Source: Oopsacas minuta (Eukaryota; Animalia; Porifera). From it: a stretch of 64,000 nucleotides of DNA. The DNA lies in the NCBI GenBank assembly GCA_024704765.1, contig JAKMXF010000299.1:1340863-1404862 (forward strand), written 5' to 3'. Positions 25,460 to 38,707 of the stretch are shown piece after piece; position 1 is the stretch's first letter; every line of letters starts with the position of its first letter. A program made the translations under genes and the position numbers. The notes under the pieces were generated by a model, which saw only the letters and a program-made list of their open reading frames with translations, was not told where the DNA came from and ran no database searches.

Positions 25460-26757
25460 TAGTGTGTCTAATAAGTTCTGTTATACATTTTCGCGCCTTA
25501 GACAGTAGCTATTCATATACTTCTGAAGTAATCTTCTAGATTTTTTGTAGCATTTTTGGCGCTCTTTCGAATTATACCAAGTATTTATCATTCAAGTTAA
25601 TGATTTCCCAGAAAATCATATTAGCAGAAATTCGTTCAAAAATTGTCACTTTTCACGAATCTGGGTTTAGCAACAGTGAAATTCTAAAAAGGCTAAAAAA
25701 TGATAAAGTCAATCCCATGTTGACCTATCACACAATTACACGATATATAGAGACTGGGAGCGTGTCTGACAGGAAATGAGTTGGTCGTCCAAGATCCGCT
25801 CGCACACCAGCCCTGAAGAATAGTATTAGATGTCGAAATCCCCGGCTTTCAATGCAAAAATGTCTCGTGAATTCTGTGTCAATCACAAAATGATGCGGAA
25901 ATTGGTTGTAGAGGACCTAGGAATGATGTTCTATAAGATGAAAAACGTACACCATCTTAACGACTCCATACATCGTAAGCGACTCGAAAGATGCATACAA
26001 CTAAAAGCCCGATTCGCTCCTGGGACTGAAGATCAGATTCTCTTCTCAGATGAGAAGCTGTTCACCGTTGAGGAGGCAAGCAATCGTCAAAACGACCGTA
26101 TACTTGCTTCTCGAAGTCAGGATATCCCAGATAGCATCAAGTACATTAATAGAGTCCAGAAGCCTCTTTCTCTGAAGGTATGGAGGGTAGTGTCGGCAGA
26201 ATCACGGACAAAACTGATTTTTGTCCCCTAAGGAGTGAAATTAAACTCCCAGATGTACAGAGAGCTGGTCTTGGAGCCTGAAATTGCCTCTGCTGGTGAG
26301 AAGCTCTTTCAAAACCATCCTTGGACTTACCAACAAGACTCTGCGCCTGCACATGCTTCAAATTATCCTAGGGTTGGTTCCGAGAGCAAAATATCGATTT
26401 CATAAGTAAGGATGAATGGCCATCATCAAGCCCAGATTTAAACCCACTCGAATATTCTGTTTGGGCAACTTGGAGAGCATGGCCTGTGCGAAATCTCACA
26501 AGAGTTTGGAGTCCCTCAAAGTTAGTTTATTGATGAATGGCAGAAAATCCCACAGAAGGAGCTGCGAAAAGCTGTTCATTAGCTTCGGGGCAGACTAACT
26601 TCCGTAATTCATAAAAAGGGAGGCTATATTGAATGATATTTGTAATGTGTAATTAGGAACATAAGCCCTAAGAAAATAGAAGGTTTCATGGCTTTGCAAT
26701 GGATAAGTTTGAAATAATTGGGGAATTGATATATAACAGAACTTATTAGACACCCTG
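25460..26757 (+). mobile_element. maT-like (DD37D-type) IS630-Tc1-mariner element, degraded
   Basis: TIRs (T/C)AG(T/G)GTGTCTAATAAGTTCTGTTATA with TA flanks. Motifs FSDEKLFTVE, NRQNDR, QQDSAPAH and WPSSSPDLNPLEYSVW; several stops and frameshifts. Confidence 0.85.
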
Positions 26758-27791
26758 TAGATAATATTCATAATTAACTTACACACAAAAAGAGTTGATA
26801 ATCGAATCACACTAAATATCAGTATCAATTTACACTGATTGTTAGAAATTATAGTATTTTACCACTCTGATATTGATGATTTTCCTAGAGATGGTTCAAA
26901 GAGATTAATATAGATATATTTTAATCCCTAATTTGAAACAATCCCATAGAAAACCAACCATTTATTCCCAATATACAAATTTATTAGTTTTATCTTATTA
27001 ATTCTGCAAAGAATGATTCCAATTCATACTGCTGCACGAAAACTTCCTCTTCATGACTGATAATATTACACAATCAGGAGATATAATTTTTTCCTTGTAT
27101 GCTTTCTTCAACTGTTCTTTAGTGTATACACACTTATATGTACTTTATTATGCGTAAACATACTACTTGCATCTTCCACTTTCAAAGTTTGATTATTATG
27201 TATGAACGAGTTTCAACAATGTAGGTATTTAGAATTGAATTATTGACACGAAAGATAAGTCTATCATATAGGAGAATACTCTGTCACTTCATTAATCAGT
27301 AAATTAAACAAAAATGTAATACCTCATCCTCCAATCCTGAGATCCTGTAACTGGTCTCCATATGCCAAATTATGTTCTGCAATTTGTACAAGGTACCTTG
27401 TTTATACATATATGTAAATATTTACAGCAACGTAACTATTAAATTTTGGGATAATAATTAGATTCATCTATGTAGTGTCCATCGATAAGATCTGCTATCT
27501 TCATTCAAACTTCCGGAAAGAAATACTTAAAATTTTAGCATTATTAAAATTACTTGATGCAATGTCTTCAATGTCTAATACATATTACACATTTTCCATT
27601 ATTTTAAAAAATGCCTGCTCAAATTGGGATTCACATTTGGTCCCTGGATCATGAAAGGGAAAATGTGCACCCTTATTACAATTAATGTATTTCAGAAATT
27701 TAAAACTCTTTAATCAACACCACATAATTTTCCGATTCTGATACTCTGACGCTCATTTGATGTGCATGTGGTAAAATTAATCCCCTATAGT

Positions 27792-29660
27792 TAGGGGTTA
27801 CAATCCAAGGATTTCCTATTCCGGATTCCGGGATCATGGTGTTTTTGCTCGGGGATTATTTCTCAAATCGCGGATCCTGTGTTGCATTTACGGATTCCTT
27901 TCTCGATCCTTGGTTCCCGAAAGTTTGTTCTTATGTCTATAACCAATGTTGTAACATTAGTCCAATTCCTTTATAATTATCAAGCACACATTCACACAAC
28001 TTGAATGGTAACATACATTAATGATTGTTGAAAACAACAAGAATATAGGATTATTTCAAGTACCTGTATCACAAAGCTAATACTAGGTTTTCTCTAAAAA
28101 TCAAATTTTAAGATACTCACATTCTCTTAAATTATTATTCCACAAAGTACATTACCTGTTTTCAATATTTTGGTGGTGGTGATTGGAAACATTCTTTAGA
28201 TCTTTATGTGGCGAATTTGCACAATGCAAATTACGTTAATAAGTCTTGAAGTGCGATTGTGAGTCAACCAAATGATTACATGCTAATCTGAAGACAAGCG
28301 ATCAGATTCATTTATTTCTAAAACGCAAGAATTCGAGAACTCGCCAATAATATTCTCGAGATAAACATCCGATAATCACTACTGTGTTGGATATTTGTAA
28401 TTAGGATTAGTATGAATCTTTGGAAGGTTGACAATATGTGTCGATGGATTATCTAATACATTGAATTAATTTAGAATAGAGTTTGAGGCTTAGATTTTGG
28501 CATTACTGCTCAATCATTCAAGGATTTGGTCGCTTCATTCCAACCCTCCATTAATTGTGCTACTTACACGGACTTCAACTCATAATACCTGACGTATTTT
28601 ATCAAAAAGATGCCAGTTATCCTGGGAGAATATCTCGCTATTCAAGCGGAACGGACGAATGTGAATAATTGAACAGGATATGAAATGGAAGACTCAGATG
28701 GATTAACTATTGTTGGTACTGAGCAGAAAAATGCTTTGAAGATAAATCTTGACATTTCTAATATTGTTAACAAAGTCCGTCCATTTGCAAAACTATTCAA
28801 GCGTTCTGCTCTTCAAAATGAAATCTGTAGATTATGTGGAAGAAAACAGTCAAATGGTTTGCAGCTAATCCTCGTTTCCGAAACTCGTTGGATTTCACTC
28901 TTAAACATGCTTGAGAGCATTGTTGAGATACAAATATCATTTCAAAAGGCACTTCTTGATCTGAATTCTGATATTCAAATAAGCGATGAGTAGTTAAGCC
29001 AATTTTCTCCTATATTCAAGTATTGGGCCCTATCAAATTTGCAGTTGAAGCTTGGCGTATAATAGATGCAATCACTACATAAGCAATAGTAACACTTTGC
29101 TTGATGAAGTACAAAATTACCCTCCTTCAGAGTATAACAATATGATTTTTGAAACAATTACTCAAAGGAGTATTCTGAAACGCTATATATAAGCGTCAAT
29201 AATAATTCAATGGTTACACAACCCTTTTGCCGAATTGAAAAACAGACTGTCGTAAAGGAATTATTTTGCAAATTCTTATCCAGGGTGAGCCAGTACCTTA
29301 ATCTCTACTGAAAGACCGTTAATGAGATGGATTAAGTGATATGGAATTCAGATAAATATATTAATGACACACATAAGCGCTGCCTGTGGTAATGAAGTTA
29401 TGATTGGCTATTGATGTTGCCTTATAAATACCACAAGGACACTAACGTCTGATGACTCTTTATCGTCTTCATTGAAATATGAATTAAACATGGTAGGTAA
29501 TACATGCAAAAGAGGGATATTGTGGAAAAGTATACCAAATGTTGTTGACAGTACCACCTACTGCTGTTGAATCAGAGGGAATCTTCTCTTCTTGCGCCTA
29601 TATCTGCAATAAGTTCAGGAGCGGTCTGAGCGACACAATATTGAATATTCTTGGTTAATA
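27792..29660 (+). mobile_element. hAT transposon relic
   Basis: 5' end TAGGGGTTACAATCC followed by (ggat)ccgg-type subterminal repeats. ORF 28685-28993 has KVRPFAKLFKRS...SETRWISLLNMLE. The dimerisation-domain motif LTVPPTAVESEGIFS lies near 29545. 3' TIR not found. Confidence 0.75.
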
Positions 29661-31249
29661 GGAACAATGAAAAGTAGTTGCCCTTATGCATATTACTAAG
29701 TCATTCACTTCTAACAATTGACTCAATCTTGTTAGAATTAGTCTTCCATTTTACATAGAGTTTTTGCATCATGTCACCTCTATCATAAGAGAAACCTTCT
29801 TGCAAATGGATCCCCAAGTTGAACTACGAATGTTGGCACTGATTAACAACTTGCTGCTGAGAGCTTCAGAATGATGATCTGTGAAGAGAATTTTACATCA
29901 TTATCCTGATGTACCTTGGCAATTCTACAGACGAAACGAGTATTTATATATGACTACAGTCCAACTCTACCAAAACTGCAACCGAGCGGATAACGTAATC
30001 CGTCGGTTAGACTATATGCGGTCATATTTTCAGTCCAAACTAGCCGAAATGCGTGACGGAAGGTAGTGATTCAACTTTTCCCTTTAAAGACCAATGATTA
30101 TATTTTATTGAATCTCATTTCAGAATATGCATCTTGAGTTGGAGTGATCGGTCCCGGGTTCGTCTCGATACAACTAGTGAATAGTAGAATAGAAATTACA
30201 CCAGCGAACAGTTAGAAATTTGTATTGACATAGAAATGAGAGAAATAGGCGACTCAGATAAAGTTTTGGAACGATTGTAGCATTTCCGAATAGAGTGGAA
30301 ATCAATGCGATTACGTCACAATTGAATGGTAATCATGAATGCGCCTGATCATTGAAAATAATATCCCGGACAGGCAGACGAAATAATGAAGAGGAAGGAA
30401 AAAGAAATACCAAATTGAACACATATGATTGTTTGCACACAATCGCAGAAATTTATATTTTGATAACGTCACGAAATACTAAAGCGCTAGTAACTCCTTT
30501 TACTGAAGATAATAATACCTATGTCATTACAATATTTATCGACAAATTCAAACTATACTATCTCCGATTAACCAAATATTGTATCAAATCAATAGCCTAT
30601 ACGTCTCATGAAAAGTCAAATATATTCGCTTTCAATTCCCTTTATTAGAAACTTATAGTTTATCAAGTTTCAACGATTTCATGATCACACGTTTATTATT
30701 TAAAGTTCTCATTCGGTGAATTGATTATATTTTCCCTACCGCTGTGCAAAATTTAGTAGTTATTTTATCAATGATAAATAGAATATTTTGTTTAAAATGT
30801 ATCAATTATCCTATTTTCATTCGTTTTTGTACTATAGCTCCTAATACAGGGTTTCTCGTACTCTCATGGCCTATGGTCTTTTGAAAATATGTGTCATGAC
30901 CACGCCAGCTCAATTGTTGGTCAATTTGCTATCAGGTTTGGTTATGTTTGTCCATGTTTTTGTCAAATGATTGATTGAGCTTCAACTTGAACCAAAAATG
31001 ATACCTATCTATCATTATTATTGTTATTACAACTTATACCAGTAAGTATTTAGGTGTAATCCCATTACAAACAAGGAATATACAGAATAATTAATATTGT
31101 ATATTTATAAATACATAAATTAGCAATAGAAGTAGTGATAAGTGATACATCTGGTATATTTTCATCTTCTTATTTAGTTCAGCAATACTAATTTCGAATC
31201 CAGACAATTTTAGCATCTATTCCCCACTCTAATCTATCTGTAGTCTGTT

Positions 31250-31520
31250 ATCCTGTTTAACTATATATGTTGTTGGAAATGTGATCTAATTTGTTGGCAA
31301 AAATATTCAAAAATTTCTTTGTCTTGTTCCTTTGCTTCTTCATCATTCTTCAAGTCTATCAGTCTCCCATATATGGTGTTAAAGTCTCCCATTATGATCT
31401 CTAATGTCAAAATGGATTTGTTAACACTTTACAATGTCCTTAACAATTGCATCTGTAAAGTCGTCGAATTGATATATTCTGCATGTAAAATTACAAACTA
31501 TGAAATTACAAACCTTTTCA
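31250..31520 (-). mobile_element. Possible LINE apurinic-endonuclease fragment
   Basis: A minus-strand frame reads LEIIMGDFN, the APE motif of non-LTR retrotransposons. Flanks are decayed and no RT was seen. Confidence 0.35.
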
Positions 31521-33516
31521 TTTCAGAAAGTCAGAAGTTTCTGTAATCAACATTATTTTGAAAGGCCAGTTATATGATAAATGTTTTAATTTTTCTTTTG
31601 TAAGATGGTAAACTCTTCTTTATTCTTTGAAGTTTGGGTTTGAGATCCGATTAAATTTGAGATATTACACAATCAAACGATTACTTCTCGAATATTTATC
31701 AATTGGTTGATAAATCCTTGTTGATAGCCGGAATATACTCAGTGATTGCAGCAAAAGGTGATATGAACCTTGTGAGATTATTTGTTTTTACACTGCCGCC
31801 TAATCTCTCCATGTAAGTACAAGTAGAAATTTATTTTTGCATAAAGATAACGATGATATATTTATACAATCGAAAATTGAAATGTATGTCGAAAATAATG
31901 CATGAGCACTCAAAAATTGGGCAAATTTAACTCTATTTCATCATGTAACAATTATCGATAGTCTGCTTAATTACACTGGATTTGCTGGAAATCAACTTAT
32001 CGCTGCTAGAAACTAAAGCGCATCTTTCGTATAATCTCTACTTGTTCATTGTGAAACTTTACTTCGAATTTTTATACATTGATTTCGGTTAAAGATTCCG
32101 AGGACAATGAATGGCTTCATTATGCCTTCTTTCGAATTGCTAACTTAACTAGAATTTAGGTGGGTACTTCGATTTACGAATATACCTGATTTTATGATTC
32201 AGAGACTTGGATGAGATGGGTTCTGAAGTATAATAACCATTATTGACACATTTGAGGAACACTGTGGCAATATATAAGTGTTCCGGATATATACGTCACA
32301 TTCAAGGATTCATACGGGTTCTCACACTCCTAAAAATAAATACTAATTCACTTCATACATCGAGACTGGACTCAGGATAATATGTGTCCGATCATAAATC
32401 ATTGGTACTAGATAAACCATGAATGTATTACCAAATAGATTTGAAAACTGATAATATACTCTTTTAATAATATGTACAGGCTAGGATTTTCGCAAATAAC
32501 TAGATTATTCGGGGATTTTACACGGTGGCCATTTGCCGAATTATAATACATGACTCACTTACAATTGATGAAGTGTGCAAAGTAAACTTTACAAGATGAA
32601 TCGTTTAAAATTGTTATGATTCATGCTCAATCTTTGTGTTACAGTAGTTGTATAATCTAGATTATTACCTTAATGAGATTGTTATTCGTGCCACAAATTT
32701 TCACTCAGATTTCTATCCTAGCTCAAAAGACTACGATACTCGTGTCCATGGTTATTTATAACAAGAATCAAAATTTTCCTAAATTTCATCCTAAATCCTT
32801 GTGTATTGTTCATGCGCATTTAACTATCCGAACAAATTATTATGCAATTTTAACCGCGGTTTTCGGAATTTCTTTGAAAGGCCTGTAAATTTGTTTATTT
32901 TTGCTATCCCCATAGTATGATAATAATTGCTTGTTTATTGGTCTACATGTGGCTAGCAATTATGTAATCCAAACAAAACTTTACCCTCTAGCTTGTGCGA
33001 TGGTAAGAAATCAATCTATGCATTACAAATTATTTGTAATCCCAACTCCTAATTTTCGTTTGATAAGTTCGCGGTATTTTATCAATTACTTCCTCTCTAA
33101 ACATCGGAATGTTGTTTCCTCATTCTGTATGGGGGGTTTTGTCTGAGCTCTAACCCCCCTGGGCGAAGGGTGACCATCTTATCATTTACAACAAGAGGAC
33201 ATTTAATGTTAAGGATTTTCATTTATTATTTTACGATTACTCCAACTATCACCATTTTGCTTAATAATGCTATCAACAAATTTGGAATTAGATGGTCATA
33301 AATGATAGACAAATTGAGAAGAAATTTCAGTAGAATTCACAAACTATTCGCGCTTGTACCCGCTTTTGACCTTAAGAACTTTTCTGAGATTCTCTGCTAA
33401 TTATAATATATACTTTGTAGGCAGATCATAGTATCTAATGGAGAAATATGGAAATAAGGGCAGGCAGCAAAGTAATGGACACATCGTCACCGTACCTTGG
33501 TATCTTCTTGTTAAAA

Positions 33517-34819
33517 CGAGGGGTACTCAATATATTTTGAGCCTGACTATGTTGCGAGCTCTTATATAAGTAAAACACTACTTGTTCCGATGAACATGGG
33601 ATAAATTTACTGCGCTTAGAATCTGCTAACTTTATCTTGTATAGTTTTCAGAGAGCAGTAGTTTTATTATCTATGGATCCTTTGTTACCAAATCCCCAAT
33701 ACAGTTATCAAGGCGTGATATTCGTGCAATAATACTTTTCAGTTCCAACTTTTGAAAACAATAAAAGAATTTCACGAAAATTTCAGTACAGCCTTTCCAA
33801 AAAACAAAGTATTTGCGCAACTGTGAAAAGATGGTACAGAGACTTTAAGTGTTGATATTTTCATCTTGGAGACCAACCCCGCCCTGGACCACCCCCATAC
33901 GCTGTTACAGAGGGAATTGTTGAGTCAATTGAGGATATGGTGGTGGCAGAGCCAAATGTTATATATGAGAGGATTCAGCACGAAATTGGCATTTCATCCG
34001 GGGCAGTGCACAACGTTTTACACCAATCCCTTCAGCTACGTAAACTTTGTGCCCGTTGGATCCCACATCAGCTTCATCCTGAGCATAAGCAGAATCGAGT
34101 GAAATGGTGCCATGAAATGCTTAAAAAATTCAACAATGGCAACAGTAGAGATGTTTCCAAGATAATAACTGGTGATGAAACATGGATCTATTACTATGAT
34201 CCAGAAACAAAGCAGCAGAGCCGTCAATGGTGTGAATTTGGAGATGTTCCCCCAACAAAGGTTCGCAGAACTCAGTACACTAAGAAACAAATGTATGCAA
34301 TTATTTTAATACAACGGGTGTTAAAACTGTTGTACCTCTTGAACCTGGTAAGACAAATAATTCAACCTGGTATACAGAGAATTGTTTGCCTCTAGTCATA
34401 AAAGCAATAAATCCACAGCGTCCTGGCACAGGACTAAGAGAAACTTTCTTGCACCACGATAATGCCAGCTCTGATATATCAAAAATTACAAGACAATTCA
34501 TTGAAGAATCAGGACTGCACATTTTGCCACCCCTCCCCTTATTCTCGAGATCTAGTACCATGCGACTTCTGGCTCTTTCCTAGAATAAAAAATACCATAA
34601 AGGCAGAAATTTTTCATCGAGTTCTGAACTTGAGGGGACCCTCAGAGAAGTGATCGGAGACATCAACGAGAATAAATTTGAAGAAGCTATTCAAGCTTGG
34701 TTTAAACGAATGAATAAGTGCATTCAAGCTAAGGGATGCTATTTCGGACAATTATAGTAAAAATAAATATAGATTGATACTTCTTGATACTTAGGCTCAA
34801 AGGTTATTGAGTACCCTCG
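33517..34819 (+). mobile_element. Mariner transposon, degraded
   Basis: TIR pair cgagg(g)gtactcaata..tttgagcct; right end followed by TA. Motifs KLCARWIPHQL, IITGDETWIYYYDPE, LHHDNA and RDLVPCDFWLFP. Confidence 0.9.
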
Positions 34820-34886
34820 TATACTAGTATATTTTATCTATTTACTTATCTATACCCAGATTTATTGTATTTTAGTATTTACCTCG

Positions 34887-35038
34887 CAGCGATACCCAAT
34901 CCGGGGTCCATGGCCCCCTTGGTAGTCCACTGACTACAGCATGGGCTCCATAGGATCTATTACAGTCTATAGTAGGCTGTCCACAGAATGTGTTTAAATG
35001 GTATAGGTGGTTTTCTGGTGATAGGTTGGGAACCACTT
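34887..35038. mobile_element. hAT (Buster/Charlie-type) MITE
   Basis: Imperfect termini CAGCGATACCCAATCCGGGGTCC ... AGGTTGGGAACCACT(T). Confidence 0.55.
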
Positions 35039-35882
35039 TGCTAGTGCATAATGTATCTTTACAGTCGCAACCATTTGACTTCATATTTTTGTGCGGGACA
35101 AAATGGGGAGAAATAGCCTATTGTAAGAATACACTGTTAGATAATTTGTGTAATTCCTAATTTGCAATCTTAGCATAAAAATATAGTAAGAAACTGGTGT
35201 TGACTGTACTTATTGTAGTTTAAATGGGGTAATCAACAGGATCAACATTTTGTGAACTGATTGATTATTCTCTAATTATATAGGCCTAGCCATATTCTAC
35301 CATACATAAGGCCTAACATTAACTTGTGAATTTTGCTCTAAGGATGGGTTTGCCAAGATAAAATTTATTCTTGATTTATAAATTGCATAATGTGCGCATT
35401 TTTTCCTGAATATATATGTAATACCGTGAACTAGGTAATGTAAGGACAGGAAACTAATATTATGTTCTGTACCTTGGATAAATACGAAGTCCATTGAAGT
35501 AATTATGAAGTCGATAACTCATGATACTGTCAAATATTTTGAATTTATCAATAAGTTTCACAAATATAATCTGATGAATCACACATTCGAATTCTAAAAA
35601 TATATTCAGGTCAAAAGAAGTCATGTGATCACCTAATAGGCTGATTTATTGGATATTTCAAAGGCGCAAATACGAAAAATGTCGATCTTTGATTGCAAAT
35701 ATATATTATTAAATATTCTAAATATTCTTTTGAACCAAATATCATTAAATTATCATGGTAAAGTTAAATACTTCTTGAGTTATAGCTAAACCATTGATTA
35801 CACTTCTATGTTTTAATTTCACTTATAACTCGATAATCGTTACAGTTATAGTCTTATCAATATAGCCATATAATAATGCATA

Positions 35883-36038
35883 CCCAAATTTCCATATCCT
35901 GATAATATACTTTGATATGATATCTTGCACCATGGTGATGTGTTCCTGAATATGCCCAATAATGGTCATTGTCAAGATTGCGCGATAATCTTCAGTGAGA
36001 TCACATCAAAATGTATTATCAGTATATGGGAGGTTGGG
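35883..36038. mobile_element. Palindromic MITE of about 156 bp with TA flanks
   Basis: About 40-bp imperfect TIRs (cccaaatttccatatcctgataat / attatcagtatatgggaggttggg). Related copies at 38551-38707 and about 55870-55920. Confidence 0.6.
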
Positions 36039-36681
36039 TATGTATTATTATCTTGGTAAGGCTATAACTGTAATGAATTTCGAGTTATTATTGAATAATG
36101 ACATAGAAGTCAATCCATGGTTTCAGCTGTCACTCAAGAACTATCCTCTTTATCATGAAACTTTTATATTTTCAATAAAAATATATTTGATTGACAGTGA
36201 TTTGAGATTGTTTATTTCTTCACTATAGGTCACACGAGTGAGAAGGGGCACATCTGGACCCCTTTGAATGCGCTTTGTAAATATGCTGAGCCATAACGAA
36301 TGATAGAATATATCTTAAATTCATGATTATAACATCTCTGAATTTGAGGAGATCTCCCTTGTTCATGGAGCACAACCCACTGCTATCACAATTCTTTTTT
36401 AAGATGGGACGAGGGTAAGATTCTAAAATTGGAGTGCCGTTGTACATTCAGTATTCCATATGTAACGAATCGACCGATAGTGGGCCTAGCTGAACAGTAA
36501 CCTAAACCTCTGACAATATGATTGCTAAATTACAATCTTTGAGGAATTTTCCGAAGCCATTGATTATATTATCAAAAGTAAATTTATGTGTATTTCCAAA
36601 TTTGGTAAAGTTTGAATGGAATATTTGAGTCCATAATGGAACTGTAAATTAAAATAGATAGTTCTTCGGATTATGCATATA

Positions 36682-38011
36682 CGAGGGTGGTCCAAAAAGT
36701 TATTAGAATCTATATGAAAGAATAGTAGGAAATGGATTATTTTTTTATAGTTTCTCGAAGTAAATACCAGATGACTGTATGCATAAATCCATCCTTCTAA
36801 ATCAACTTTCAAAACAATTTTCCCAGTCTTCTTTGGTTAGGTCTTGGGGGGGCCCATTATAAGCCAGTTTTGCCTCTTCTGCACTATCTAAATGAACCCC
36901 TTTGATCTTCTTTTTTAGTTTAGGGAAAAGAAAGAAGTCGCATGGCGCCAAATCTGGGGAATATGCTGGATGGGGTATCAATTTTATACCATTTTCTGCA
37001 AAGAAATCCATTGTTAAAGCTGCCTTGTGTGCACTTGCATTGTCATGGTGCCATTGAAGTGAGGTGAGGTAGGCTTTAGGATGTAAAATGCTCCACTTTT
37101 CTATCACCTGAGGCATGCAAATGTTGACATACCAACTCGCAGTTACAGTCTTTTGCTCTATAAGGGGAATAGTAGCAACATGTCCCTTTTTAGAGATGAA
37201 ACTGGCGACCATTTGCTTGTTGCCACTTCGTGCACGTCTCAATTTTTGAGGGGGATCATCATCTGGAAAAAGCCAAACTGAAGATTGTTGCTTCGTCTCT
37301 GGGTCATATTGGTTAATCCAAGTCTCATCTCCCGTAATTAATGTATTCAATAGCTTTGAACGACCATGATCGAATTTTCTGATCATAAATTTGCACCAAT
37401 CCACTCGAGTTGTCATTTGTTCTTCAGAAAGTTTATGTGAAATCCAACGTGCAGCCACTTTCCTCACCAAGAGATGTTCATGAAGTATGGCATGGAGACT
37501 TCCTCTGCTGATGTCTAAATGACTCATTATTTCGTCAATTATGATACGACGCTCATTTTTGATTATTTTCTTAACTTTCTGGATATTTTCTGGGTTAACC
37601 GCATCTGCAGGACGTCCTGATCGCATCTCATCACTTAGAGTCTTTCGTCCACGGTTAAATTCACCGTACCAGTTGTACACTGTAGCCAAAGATGGTGATT
37701 TTTCTCCAAATGTGTCCTGAAGTTGAATATGTGATTCTTTAGGACTGAGTTTTCTCGTAAAGTCATAAAAAATCATTGCGCAAAAGTCCCTCCTTTCCAA
37801 ATGTAAATCCATGAGGAATAATTAGGTACGAATTTAAAATAAGAGCCAAGTGCTGACTATATAAGTAGCTGTCAAAAAAGTAATAAAAGATAAAAAGCTT
37901 AGATATTTTAACTAGAGTAGTTATAAATAGTGTACTATAGATATAAGATGTATTGGTGTGCAAGAAATGAAGTTACAGCATTCATTCTAAAAACTTTTTG
38001 GACGACCCTCG
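36682..38011 (-). mobile_element. Mariner (DD34D) transposon, full length, single late nonsense codon
   Basis: 28-bp TIRs CGAGGGT(G/C)GTCCAAAAAGTT(A/T)TTAGAAT with TA TSD. The 336-aa ORF has ITGDETW, HHDNASAH and YSPDLAPCDF (34 residues D-D). The frame continues past the TGA at 36802-36804 as FRRMDLCIQSSGIYFEKL to TAA at 36745. Confidence 0.95.
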
Positions 38012-38550
38012 TACCGGGCAGAATCATGTCTTATGCTGACCGTCCTGCGCATCTGTTTTAAACTGCTATATTTCTGTTTAATTGTATAATTATATATATT
38101 CTAGGCAATATACAAGATATATATGAAATGTATCATTGAAAACTAATTCATATATAATGAATCCGTTGGTCATGTTGATTCACCTATAGCATTCTAATAC
38201 GCTAGATTAATGAGGTGGCAATGTTTTCAACCAGGGATTGGATGAACAAGTTTGGGATTATTATCCTGGGGTTTATCTATTTATATGTAAATATAAGTGC
38301 ACTTTTGGTCTAATGTTTGTATTACATACTTGGACAGATCATGTCGTCATTACATATATGTAATTTTTTATCAAATTATCCAATTTATTTGCTTGGCCTT
38401 CATTAATTTGGTCACTATAAAATTTGCTGTTGGCACTTATGCTAACCTGGAGTACTAAACTGTCTTGCAGTGACCTAGTAAGCGTTGCCCGCTAGTTATT
38501 CTTTAATTGTGGAGATTATTGAATAGTCAAGATTGCCATTTTATTGTATA

Positions 38551-38707
38551 CACCAGAGTTCCCTTACCCTAATAATGCATTTTGATATGATATTTCTTAC
38601 GAATGTGACGCAATCACGCATATTCCAATATGTGATATTTTAATATTACGCGGTAATCTTCAGAGATATCATATCATATTATTATCAGGGGTATGGAAAA
38701 TATGGTG
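38551..38707. mobile_element. Second copy of the palindromic MITE
   Basis: Termini CACCAGAG / TATGGTG; internal ttttgatatgatat and atatcatatcat mirror the 35883 copy. Confidence 0.55.

Noticed and set aside
30130-30175. tRNA or SINE B-box-like ggtcccgggttcg (also gcaggttcgaagc near 9800)
   Set aside because: No cloverleaf, complete A-box or second copy is supportable.
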